Below are positions 12,141 to 22,630 of a DNA stretch of 64,000 nucleotides, piece after piece. The notes under the pieces are model-generated. The model had not been told where the DNA came from. It ran no database searches and worked only from the letters and a program-made list of their open reading frames with translations. The stretch covers positions 27,592,001 to 27,656,000 of the forward strand of contig NC_045697.1 in NCBI RefSeq assembly GCF_009834535.1. Direction: 5' to 3'. The position numbers and the translations under genes are program-made. The DNA comes from Camelus ferus (Eukaryota). Positions within the stretch are counted from its first letter, which is position 1. Each line of letters starts with the position of its first letter.

Positions 12141-12781
12141 GTTATTATCACTAAGACTGATTTCAGTATATTATCTTTCTGAATTCTTTTAAGCAAGCCT
12201 GACATAGTTGTGATCATACATATTATTCGTATGTTTCCTGATGTTTTCCCCATAATATAACAACATGGGCATTTATGTCATCTAACAAACACAAGTTCTA
12301 AAAACAATGTAAAACTATTACATGATAGAGACCATATTTTACCAACTTACACGTGTGCCCATAAAGAACAGCTGATTTCCATTTGTTTCTTGTTATAAAG
12401 AATATAGCGAGGAATATCTTTGTAAATAGAAGCTTTTGTTTTTCTCTCATGTTTAGCATTTCTCGACTATAAATTCCCCAAAATGAAATGACCGTATCTA
12501 AGTTATGACCAAATTTATTTCCTGATGGTTTGTACTGATTCATATTTACCTTGAGTTTTTAAAAAGGTTTAAAAGATGTTTATAAAATTCAAATGATTTT
12601 TCATGTTCTTTTACAAAATCCCATGACGAAAATCAGCCATTTAACTTGATCAGCTTGACTGAAAAGAAGGAATGATATGGTCACATCTCTGGGCTGCCCG
12701 TATATAGACATCATCCCAGCCTCTTGAGTTGAACCAGTAAGGCTGGGGGAAATTTGGCTGCCACAGCTTTGAATGTGGTGG

Positions 12782-12823
<42 letters not shown>

Positions 12824-13364
12824 CCAGCATTGTGAGTAATCTAGTAATTGGGTTCTGCTCTCTTCTGAGCTGACTTGAGACCACAGTCACGTGAAACAAC
12901 CACCAAAAGATGGTAACAGCTCAGCAAGAATGACGGGCTTGACAAGGATGCTGTGTGCTGGGTGGGAAACCAGCCTGACTCTCACAGGGCCTGCCGCCTG
13001 CTCTCTGGCTTGGCTCAGGGCGTGAAGTGGGCTGGAATCTGACCCAGTCCTGCCCCACGCAGTGAACCCTGTGCAGATATCACCCTTGAGAAGGGGCCTC
13101 CCAGAGGGGCAGCTTTTATGATTTATCCACCCACAAGAGGCGTCACTTTCGAATTCACACTAAGGCTTTGTGTGTGCCAGATGTGACCCTGATAATCCTT
13201 CCCAGTTAGGAGCCTTAAACTTGACAGAGAGGGAGCAGGAGAGTGCATAACTGTTGCTTCTCCACAGCCATCTCCTTCGGAAAGTGTCCCATCACCCCAT
13301 CCGAAGCTCCTTTCTAAGCTGCTGTCCTCTCTCAAATAGCTATCTTCACCTAGCTGAGCTTGAA

Positions 13365-13562
13365 GCCTAATGGTTAAGCCACAGACATTAAATGAGAAGA
13401 ACAGAGATCTGAATTCTGCCTTCACTGCTGTCTGTGATTTCACATTCCTCCTCACCTCCCGATTCAGACAAAAGCACCTGCCTTCTACTTTGCAGGGTTG
13501 TTGTGAGGATTAAATGAAATACTGCATATAACATGCCTGCCATGTGTTAAATGTCCAATAAC
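13365..13562 (+). mobile_element. MIR SINE
   Basis: GGGTTGTTGTGAGGATTAAATGA and TGCCTGCCATGTG. Confidence 0.7.
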
Positions 13563-14623
13563 TGTGAACTCCTACTGTTACTGTGCATCTGGGCCACATT
13601 TCCCCCCCACCCCCGCCCCAAGACTGTCCAAGTTTTCGTATGGGGTGATTTCTTCCTCTGGCGATGCGAAGAGATCTGTTTATCTGTGTCATACAGTCTT
13701 GGCTCTGGTGTTTGCTGACTCAGTTTAGCAGGAAGAAAAATACAGAAAAATACAGAGTAGGAAAAAGAAAAAGTGCTCACCTCTGAAACGCGCAGCATGG
13801 CTGCTGCCCTCACTAGCTCCTCCTTCCCTGTTCCCCCATGTGGAATTCCGAGCACCTCCTTAGGCACCCAGTGCTGCGAGTGTGCACCCACCTCTTTCCC
13901 ATCAAGTGAAATGAATAAGTCAAAAGGATGAAATGTTCCTGTCAGCACTCACTCAGGTAAATTGGTTCTCCATATCTGAAAGGAAAGAGGGAACAGGAAT
14001 GCTATTCCGTGCCAGAGCTCTGGCTTGAATACTTCCAGTCCTCTGGCAAAAGCAGAAGGTACATGGCCCCACCCAGGCTTGGGGAGATCCCTCTCTCCTA
14101 TCATCTGTTTAAAATTAAAATATTGCCATATGCCAAAGAAAGGTTGGAATTTTCCCACCGCTCCTCTCTTGGCTTCTCTCATGAAAGGAAGGAGTAGATT
14201 AAATGACAGCTCAACTGTCCTTCCATTCCAAGAGAAAATTCTAGATTGGAGTACTGTGATGGGATGGAAGGGCAGGGGGCTGGAGTCAGAAGACTAGAGT
14301 TTCAGTCCTGGTCTGTCCTTCATAAGCTTTTTGAACTTGGGCTCGACCTTTCGTCTTCTGGAAAAAAGTAGATGTAAGCATAGAGGCTGTGACTATGTAC
14401 TACCTATGAAGTAGCTTTGCCAAACAATTAAATGTAAATCTAATTAAAACACTAGATCTAACTATCAGTTTACAGGAAATACAGAGGATGGAGAAACATT
14501 TTAAATGACACCACAAAGCTATAATCAGCAAAATCCAAAATGTGAGAAAGACTCTGTATCTTCAACAAATGAATGGCAATGGGGAGGGGACGGTGGATAT
14601 CACCCAAATATAATGTGGGAACT

Positions 14624-15356
14624 TTTTAAAAATTGAGGTATAGTTGATTTACAGTATTATATGTTTCACGTGTACAACATAGCGATCCACAATTTTTAAA
14701 AAAAATAAGTTAGGTTTATTTATTTTTAACAGAGGAACTGCGGATTGAACCCAGGACCTCGTGCATGCTAAGTGTGCACTCTACCACTGAGCTCTACCCT
14801 TCCCCTATTCACAATTTTTAAAGGTCATTTATAGTTAATATAAAATATTGGCTATACTCCCTGTGTTGTGCAAAATATCCATGTAGCTTATTTATTTTAT
14901 ACATAATAGTTTGTACCCCTTAATCCCCTATCCCTATCTTGCCCCTCCCCACTTCCGTATCCCCACTGGTAACCACTAAGTTGTTCTCTATATCTGTGAG
15001 TCTGTTTCTTTTTTGTTATATTCACTAGTTTATTTTTTAGATTCTACATATAAGTGTATCATACAGTATGTCTTTGTCTGACTTATTTCACTAAATATAA
15101 TACCCTCCAAATCCATCCATGTTGTTGCAAATGACATTTCATTCTTTTTTGATGGCTGAGTAGTATTCCATTGTGTATATGCACCACATATTCTTTACTC
15201 ATCTGTTGATGGATATTTAGGTTGCCTCCATACCTCAGTGATTGTAATAATGCTGCTATGAACATTGGGTGTATGTATCTTTTCAACTTTGGATTTTGTT
15301 TTCTTCTGATATATACCCAATAGTGGAATTGCTGGGTCATATAGTAGTTCTATTTT
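14624..15356 (-). mobile_element. Younger 5'-truncated L1 with TSD
   Basis: TTGAGGTATAGTTGATTTACAGTATT 3' end, GATGGCTGAGTAGTATTCCATTG, AGTGGAATTGCTGGGTCATAT; TSD TAATGTGGG(A/G)ACT at 14611-14623 and 15357-15369. Confidence 0.9.
14698..14805 (-). mobile_element. tRNA-derived SINE, vic-1-like (second copy)
   Basis: Reverse complement GGGGAAGGGTAGAGCTCAGTGGTAGAGTGCACACTTAGCATGCACGAGGTCCTGGGTTCAATCC...AAATAAATAAACCTAAC; flanked by a CACAATTTTT duplication. Confidence 0.85.
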
Positions 15357-15769
15357 TAATGTGGGGACTATATTTTATCCTAATTCAAATAAACCACTGT
15401 AAAAATACTCGTATGAGACAGTCTGAGATATCTGAACAATGTTTGGATATTTGATGGTATTAAGCAATAATTGTTATTTCTTTAGACAGAACACTGGTAT
15501 TATGGCTACATTAAGAAAGTCCTTTTTTCTTGGAGATACCTATTAAGATATGCACTGATAACAGGACACTATGATACAGAAATAATATGTATGAAATTCA
15601 AAAAAATCTAGTAGTGGAAGAATAGATGGGGGATGAATGATGAAATAAGATCTGTCTCGTGTTGATGATTATTACAACTGGTTAATGGACTTATGAGGGT
15701 TCATTACAATATTCTCTCTAACTTTGTGTATATTTGGAATGGTCCATCATAAAATGTTAAACAGTAAAA

Positions 15770-15962
15770 GCAATGTGGGCTTTGGAGAGAGGGAGACTGC
15801 CTTGATCTACCTTTTATTGGGCTAATTAACCTTTGATTCACTTTCCCAATGAAGACAAAAATAGCACCTGCATCGTAGGATTGCTGTAGGCACAAGGAAA
15901 GCACTTAGAACAATATCTGGCACAAAATCAGTGCCCAGTCAGTGTTAGCTCTCATTATTAAT
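15770..15962 (+). mobile_element. MIR SINE (degenerate)
   Basis: AATAGCACCTGCATCGTAGGATTGCTGT...AAAGCACTTAGAACAATATCTGGCACA. Confidence 0.65.
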
Positions 15963-16529
15963 AATATCTAAGAGGTTGGACTCGTCAGTCTCTATGGTTC
16001 TTTCCACCTGAAAGGGTATCTGTTTCCAGCCTGCTTCCATCCCATCTTAGCCCTCTTTATTTTCTCTGCTACTCCACATTCATATTTTTGGGGGCTCTAA
16101 CGTCCTCTAATGTTCACCTCCCTTTGCCTAGGGGCATCTGGACACCTGGGCGACCAGGTGTCATTTCCATAAGGCGGATTGGACTGATTCCTGGATTGGC
16201 AGGTGCAGGTTTCTGATTTCCTCACCTGCTCACTCACTATCTGGCTCTTTTTCTGGTAGCTTCCTGTCACCTCAACCGAGAGCTGAAGCTTCAGGAGGAA
16301 GGTGGAAACTCAGGGTGGAGAAGGGACAGTCAGAAGCAGTCACATCCTGACTCCACCCCTCCTCAACCTCCCCCTCCCCCTAGGGGTGTGGTCGGGGGTC
16401 AGATGGGAGGTACCTGTCTCCCAGTGTCTCCTCGGCCACGTGCGGTGGGGCAAGGCACAGGGCTTCTCTGTACCTCGGTCTTCTCAGTTGTGACGTGGGG
16501 ACAATAATACCATGTTTTTGTTAATATGG

Positions 16530-16760
16530 GTCCATGATTGAGAGTGCTGACTCCAGAGCTGAACTGCCAGGGCTAAAACGCCAGCTCTTCCTTGGGTTAA
16601 CTGTGTGATGAAGGACCTCTCTGTGGCTCGGTTTCCTCATTGGTAAAATGGGAACAGTAATAGTACCTACCTCATAGAACTGTTGTGACAACTAAATTGA
16701 ATGACACCTGGCACACAGAAGGCACACAGTTGGCTGTGAGTACCGCCTTCAGCGTTGCCA
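16530..16760 (+). mobile_element. MIR SINE
   Basis: CTCGGTTTCCTCATTGGTAAAATGGGAACAGTAATAGTACCTACCTCATAG. Confidence 0.85.
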
Positions 16761-18364
16761 TCATCTCCTTTACAGTGCACGCTGAGAGCTCACTCTGGGG
16801 GCTGGCACCTCACTTCAAGCCTTTTGTCGGCCTCACTGAACTTCTGCGCCAGTCCTGGGGTCCACCCCCCAGGAGTTTCAGCAGCACAGAGTCCAGTAGA
16901 TGTCACAGACCCAGGTCATGCAAGATCTATTTCAGATCTTTCCTTCACCTCAAGACGATGCTGGAGTAAAATACTTCCAGTGATGATCGTGGGGTGGGTC
17001 AGGACAAGGGAGAAGAAAGGAAGGGAAGCAATAGCTAATGGGGTATCACTCTGTGTGATAAGTAAGAGCCCCCCTGCACCCCCAAAGACCAGAGACGGAG
17101 GTTCAGTTGGAATGCCCTCGCTTCTCCCCAGCTCTGCCAAAGGATACAAATCACCTGAACCTGGCTACACCCGACTCCTCCTATAGAGCCTGTGGGCAGA
17201 TGAGGGGCCCACAATTTGGTGCCTGGAGCTGTTAGTTACACCCCTCTTTGGAGCAGCAGCTTAAAGCCTCAGGGCTTCTGGCTCAGAATCATTACTCAGC
17301 ATTGGATGGAGCCCAAGAAATGTGGAAAACAAGAATGATGGGAAGCAACAAGTAACCAGAATCACAAAGGCAAAGCCCTGAGGAAAACAGGTCATTGGCC
17401 TGAGCCTGGTGGAGGGGTTTGACATTGGCACCCCTGGGCTAGGGGTTGCTTAGTTCTAAATATCATCCCTCAGAATTGCAGGGGGCAGCATTTGGTCACT
17501 GGGCTGTAAGGCATCAGATCTGCTTCCTGACTTGAGACCCTACACTAGTAAATGTACATGTCTACCCACCTCCTCCCTCCACAAACCCTGAGACCATAGA
17601 ATTGCAAGCAGGGAAACTGGTAAGGACAATCAGCTCTTGTGTTCCCTCCTCTGGGTGTTGAGAAAGGTCTGGAATGGAATTAGCTTTGTGGGGGTTTCCA
17701 GGTGTCAAATCCCTCAAGCATGTTCGAACCAAGCTTGGCTGCTTTCACCTGCCTGACAAGAGCCAGACCTGGTCCTGCCAAGTCATGGGTCCAAAGTGTT
17801 TGTCACAGCATCTCAGCAAGATGTCAAGCCAGATTTAACAGAAGCAAAAGTAAAATGATTAATAACCACAACCCCCAAAGCCCAGTCCAAGAGCCTGATA
17901 TACCTTTTAGTTCAGTATAGCTTCCACACTGTAGCTAAAGAAAAATTTTACATTTGAGTAGAAGGAGCACTTGATTTTGTACAATCTGGGCACCAGGATC
18001 TCACCTCCAATGGTCAGGTGTGTGCGGTGGAGGGAGAGAGTGGGGAAAGCTTGGTTTGCATCACAGTAGTTGGAGGGATTTTTGTTTTTCTGCTTTGAAC
18101 TTATAGACAAAGAAAGGATTTGTTGAAAATGACAGGACCCAGTCTCCATAAGGAGAAGCATGTTAGATTCAGTATATGGATATTATGTATGCAACCAATT
18201 ATAAAGCAAGGGGTTTCAAACTGCCTCCTACTTTCCATAATACGCCCAATTAATATGACACTTCCAAAGACTCTTTGCGTATGGCTTTGTCCTCAATAGT
18301 GGAATGGAGGTGTGAGGCCAGCACTTCTGGAAATGGAGAGGATGCTTGTGGATCTGAAAAGGGA

Positions 18365-20037
18365 TGTTATGGGTTGAATTGCCTTCCTTCAAAAGAGGTA
18401 TGCTGGAATCTGATAAGGGATTAATATCCAGACTATATGGAGAACTCCTAAAGCTCAACAACAAAAGCACAAACAGCCAGATTCAAAAGAGGGCAAAAAA
18501 TGCGAATAGTCATTTTGCTAAAGAAGATATACAGTTGGGCAATAAGCACATGAAAAGATACTCATCACTCATCATCAGGGAGATGCAAATCAGAACTCAC
18601 TGATTTGCACACCCATCAGGATGCCTACTATCAAAAACACAGAATACAAATGTTGGTAAGGACGTGGAGAAACTGGAACCCTTGTGTACAGGTGGTGGGA
18701 ATGTAAAATGTTACAGCTGCTGTGAAAACAGCATGGTGATCTTCAAAAAAATTAATAATAGAATTATCATGTAATCCAGCAATTCCTCTTCTGGTTATAT
18801 ATACAAACAAATTGAAAGCAAGGTCTCGAAGAGATATTTGTCCACTTGTGTCCATTTCAGCATTATTCACAAGAGTTGAAATGTGAATGCAACCCAAGTG
18901 TCCACCGATGGGTACATGGATAACCAAAATGTGATATGTACATACACGATGGAATATTATTCAGCCTTTAAAAGGAAAGAAAATCTGCAATATGCTACAA
19001 AATGGATGAATCTTGAGGACATTATACTAAGTGAAATAAGCCAGTCAAATAAGACAAATACTGTATGATTCCACTTATATGAGGTACTTAGAGTCATCAG
19101 AATCATAGTGACAGAAAGTAGTATGGTGATTGCCAGGGGCTGGGGGAAAGAGTGAATGAGGAATTATTACTTCAAGGATACAGAGTCCAAGTTTTATAAA
19201 ACAAGGAATTCTGGAAATGAAAGGTAGTGATTGTGCACAAAAATAAGGGTATATTTAATACCATTTAATTGCACACTTATAAATGGTGAAGATGGTAAAT
19301 TTTATGTTAAATGTATTTTACCACAATACAATAAATTGGAAAAAAAATTCTTCTCTAAAATTTATGGTTCCAGCTAAATATCATGAGAATGAAAAATGTA
19401 GAATATGTATTTTCAAATTGCTCATATTCAACATCAGAAAACTTTATTAATAGTAAATTTTACCATGCAAAATAATAATCATAGTAATGATAATGATCAT
19501 CATCATCATCATCATCACAACCCTGGAAAATCTTGCTTTTTGGTACTTTCAGTTAAAAGGGTAAAAAGTAACAAAGAGTATGTTACTACTAATGCCAACA
19601 GTAGGTTACAAGTTTTAATTTAAATACATTTGTTAAATATCTAAAAAAATATAAGTTTGGGTCCTAACCCCTAGAACCTCAGAATGTGACCTTATTTGCA
19701 GACAGGGTCTTTACAAAGGTAATCAAGTTAAAATGTGTTTCTTAGGGTGGACTCTAATCTAGTGTGACTGGTGGCCTTATAAAAAGGGGACATTTGGACA
19801 CAGACAGACAGACATAAAGGATGGATGATATGAAGACACAAGGGGAAAGATGACCATCCACAAGCCATGGAGAGAGGCCTGGAACAGCCCTTTCCCTCAC
19901 AGCTTCAGATGGAACCAACCCTGCAGACGCCTTGATCTTGGATTTGTAGCCTCCATTATTGTGGGACAATAAATTTCTACCGTTGAAGTCACCCATTTTG
20001 TGGTGCTTTGTTATGGCAGTCCTAGTAATCTAACACA
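18365..20037 (+). mobile_element. MLT1B solo LTR split by an L1 (LTR pieces about 18365-18408 and 19660-20037)
   Basis: TGTTATGGGTTGAATTG start; resumes GTCCTAACCCCTAGAACCTCAGAATGTGACCTTATTTG; ends CTAACACA; 5-bp TSD AGGGA/AGGGC. Confidence 0.85.
18409..19655 (+). mobile_element. L1 ORF2 C-terminal remnant and 3' UTR (L1MA/MB-like)
   Basis: Translation [19 protein letters not shown]...[16 protein letters not shown] is the L1 ORF2 C-terminus; disrupted; (CAT)n near 19495-19517. Confidence 0.9.
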
Positions 20038-21744
20038 AGGGCCAATGGGTGGTGCTGTGACATATCCGTCAGGCTGTCTTGTCAACAGTGTAGAGAATCT
20101 GGAGGGTCCCCACTCATCTCCAGTCCCTCCTGTGAGGAACCATCGTAAACCCACAGCCTGTGGGGCCGGGAAGACAGCCTCTGCTTTTGTCGGTCTGATC
20201 TGTGTCCGTCCTTTCCCGCGTCTAGGACAGCGGCGGCCCCTGGCCTTCCTGCCTGCAGTAACCTTGATCTTCTGCGTTCTTTCAATGCCCAGTGGCGATG
20301 GGAAGGATGTGAACCTCCTTTGGTGGAAGAATCCTATGTGGAAATCGCATTGACCATGACCTCTCTGTCTGTCAGACACTATGCTACTTTCTGGGAATCA
20401 TCACTCACCATCCTCTAAGCAACAGTAACAGGCAATTACTGCTTAAAACCTTGCCCCTACCATATCATTTGGGTTTTACTTGGGCATCTAGACAGGTTTC
20501 TCCTTGTGAAACAACTAGTGCCCCATCAGGGATGGGCACAGAATCCCAGCTTGCAGCAGCCGCAGCTGGTTCTGGTTTAGGGAGGGGCCTAGGTTTATAG
20601 GCCAAATCTATCCAGTTGAAACCTCTGGATTCTCAGTCACACCAGGGCTAGATGTAAATGGTTTAGCACAGCCCACCACCGTCTCCAGAAAACCAATTCA
20701 AAATGCACTATATGCTCTCTGTCTCTCTCTCTCTCTCTCTTTTTTTTTTTTTTTTTGGTAAGACTGCAAATAAATAAGATTATGTATTTGTGCTGCTTGG
20801 TATTTTCCTAAAAATCAGAGGTAGGATTGAAAAATAAAAATGATTACCAGTGAAGGAGAAAAAAAGTTGGAAAAAAGAAGATGAAGGGGAAGGAGGTGGC
20901 AGCAAGACTTCTCAGGTGTACTAGGCTGTAGAATTGTGACTTTTCAATCATGTAAATGAATTACCTTCAAAATTTATTAAAATAAAAATTTAATTAAATC
21001 TATTGAAAAGGACCTCCAAGTCCCTTTGATAATGGTACATACCCTATATAATTTGTAAATAGTTACCTTACTTTAAACACTTATTTTACCCTATGTTTTA
21101 ATTGTGACAGTTCATTTGTTTTGGCATCAATGCGAGCCTGCAGAACCTGTTGGTAATCATGGCAGAATGGGCATTAAACGCTGGGGTAGGATTTGGGAGA
21201 CCTTGACCTCTTCGTTTGGGCTTCATAGGGAGCCAGGTGAGTGGCCTGGGACAAGTTATCTTTCTTCTCTGCAACTCACCTCTTCACCTGTAACACCAGC
21301 TAATTCCACCACTTTCCGAATGAATCTCACTTGCACCGAGCATTTTGCTAAGGGGTTGTTAATTTTTTTTTTTTTTCAAATATAAGAAAAGGAGGCAGAA
21401 ACTACTCTTTTCATCTGGGCCGGGAAACGAACTCTCGTTCTGCAAACAAACGACAAGTTTTAGGAAAGCTTGGGGCTGGCTTAAAATCCGTAGGCTTCTA
21501 ATCCTCTCCCTCTCCTACCCTAAAAACACACAAAATTAAGGAAGAGGCAAGAAAGGTGGCAAGATTTTTGAAAAGAGGTTTCAAGAATGAGACAGGAAAA
21601 ACAAGAAAATGAATAGCACAATGTGTCCTGACATGTTATTAAGTTTCCCTTCAGGTTTTTTTTTTTTTCTCCTCCTAGAAAAACATGCAGGATTTTGTCT
21701 CCTCTTCACAGAAACTGGGAAGGAAAGTTGGACAGAAACCCCAG

Positions 21745-22100
21745 CGCTGTAAAACTTCTTTGTGCGGCCGGCACCGCGTGCTTTCTTACATTCCCTGCAG
21801 AAGCCAACCTACAATGTGGCAAGCCTGTGAAGCCAGGAAGGGAGGCGTAACCTGAGAACCGCGCAGGGCGGCGCCCCGCGCGCGGGGGGCGGGGCCCCGG
21901 CTCCTCGGCGCCCCGCCCCCGTGGCCCCGCCCATGGCCGCAGGGGGAAAGGAGGCGAGACCTACATTTCAAAAGGCAGGAACCGACCAACTGCAGAGAGC
22001 CGCAAATGCCCGGGGAGAATTCCCATCTGTGAGGTCAAATCTAGGTCAGAAGAATTACCTAATCATCTCTGAAAACCCCCTAATTTAGGGGGTCGAGCCA
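21745..22100. promoter_or_regulatory. Small CpG island / GC-box promoter-like element
   Basis: About 26 CpGs by eye in about 350 bp against a CpG-depleted background; GGGGCGGGGC and two CCCCGCCC Sp/KLF boxes; palindrome CCCCGCGCGCGGGG. Confidence 0.7.
22032..22048 (+). promoter_or_regulatory. Perfect DR5 nuclear-receptor element with embedded RORE
   Basis: AGGTCA-AATCT-AGGTCA; AATCTAGGTCA also fits WAWNTRGGTCA. Confidence 0.55.
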
Positions 22101-22160
22101 GGCTGGCAGCACCCCAAATCATGAACTAAATCTAACTTGATCTTTAGAAATGGAACCTAG

Positions 22161-22162
<2 letters not shown>

Positions 22163-22216
<54 letters not shown>
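22163..22216. repeat. (GT)27 microsatellite
   Basis: Perfect dinucleotide run. Confidence 0.98.
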
Positions 22217-22218
<2 letters not shown>

Positions 22219-22355
22219 CTTTTGCCTGAGCCAGTTTTTCTGGTGGCATTTTTGTTACTTCCTGTTTGTGACTGAGCTTCCTTACACTACTTCCTTTTTA
22301 GGGGTTTGAGTTGACTCCATCACCCTTTCTACTCAGTTGTATGGACGAGGGAGGG

Positions 22356-22381
22356 GTGTGTGTGTGTGTGTGTGTGTGTGT
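22356..22381. repeat. (GT)13 microsatellite
   Basis: Perfect dinucleotide run. Confidence 0.97.
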
Positions 22382-22454
22382 TGGATTGGAAGGGAAAAAA
22401 ATAAAAACGACTCATATTAAATTTTTGTGTTAAAAGGCTCTTTTTCACACATGC

Positions 22455-22630
22455 ACATGCCTTCATTTACTCTCCACAACAACACTGGAGGTGGGCCATA
22501 TTATCACGCCCAAATTACAGGTAAAGAAACTGAGGCTTAAAACGGTTACAGTGTCCAAGATCACTCATCAGACAAGAAAGTGAAACCTGAATCAGTCTCC
22601 GATTCTGAGTCCAAATCCGAAGCTCTTTCC
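22455..22630 (-). mobile_element. MIR SINE
   Basis: TTACAGGTAAAGAAACTGAGGCTT...TCCAAGATCAC. Confidence 0.75.

Larger units (their letters stand above)
14390..15760 (+). mobile_element. Old L1 3' UTR (L1MC/ME-like), split by a younger L1
   Basis: CAGTTTACAGGAAATACAGAGG, CAGCAAAATCCA, TTCAACAAAT on the left; GGATATTTGATGGTATTAAG...TATTCTCTCTAACTTTGTGTATATTTGGAA on the right. Confidence 0.7.

Noticed and set aside
18364..19068. ORFs with L1 ORF2 similarity as functional CDS
   Set aside because: 5'-truncated and broken by stops and frameshifts; fossil L1.
21786..21989. 67-aa GC-rich ORF across the CpG island
   Set aside because: Non-ATG start and G/R/A/P-rich composition typical of chance ORFs in GC-rich DNA; no recognisable homology.
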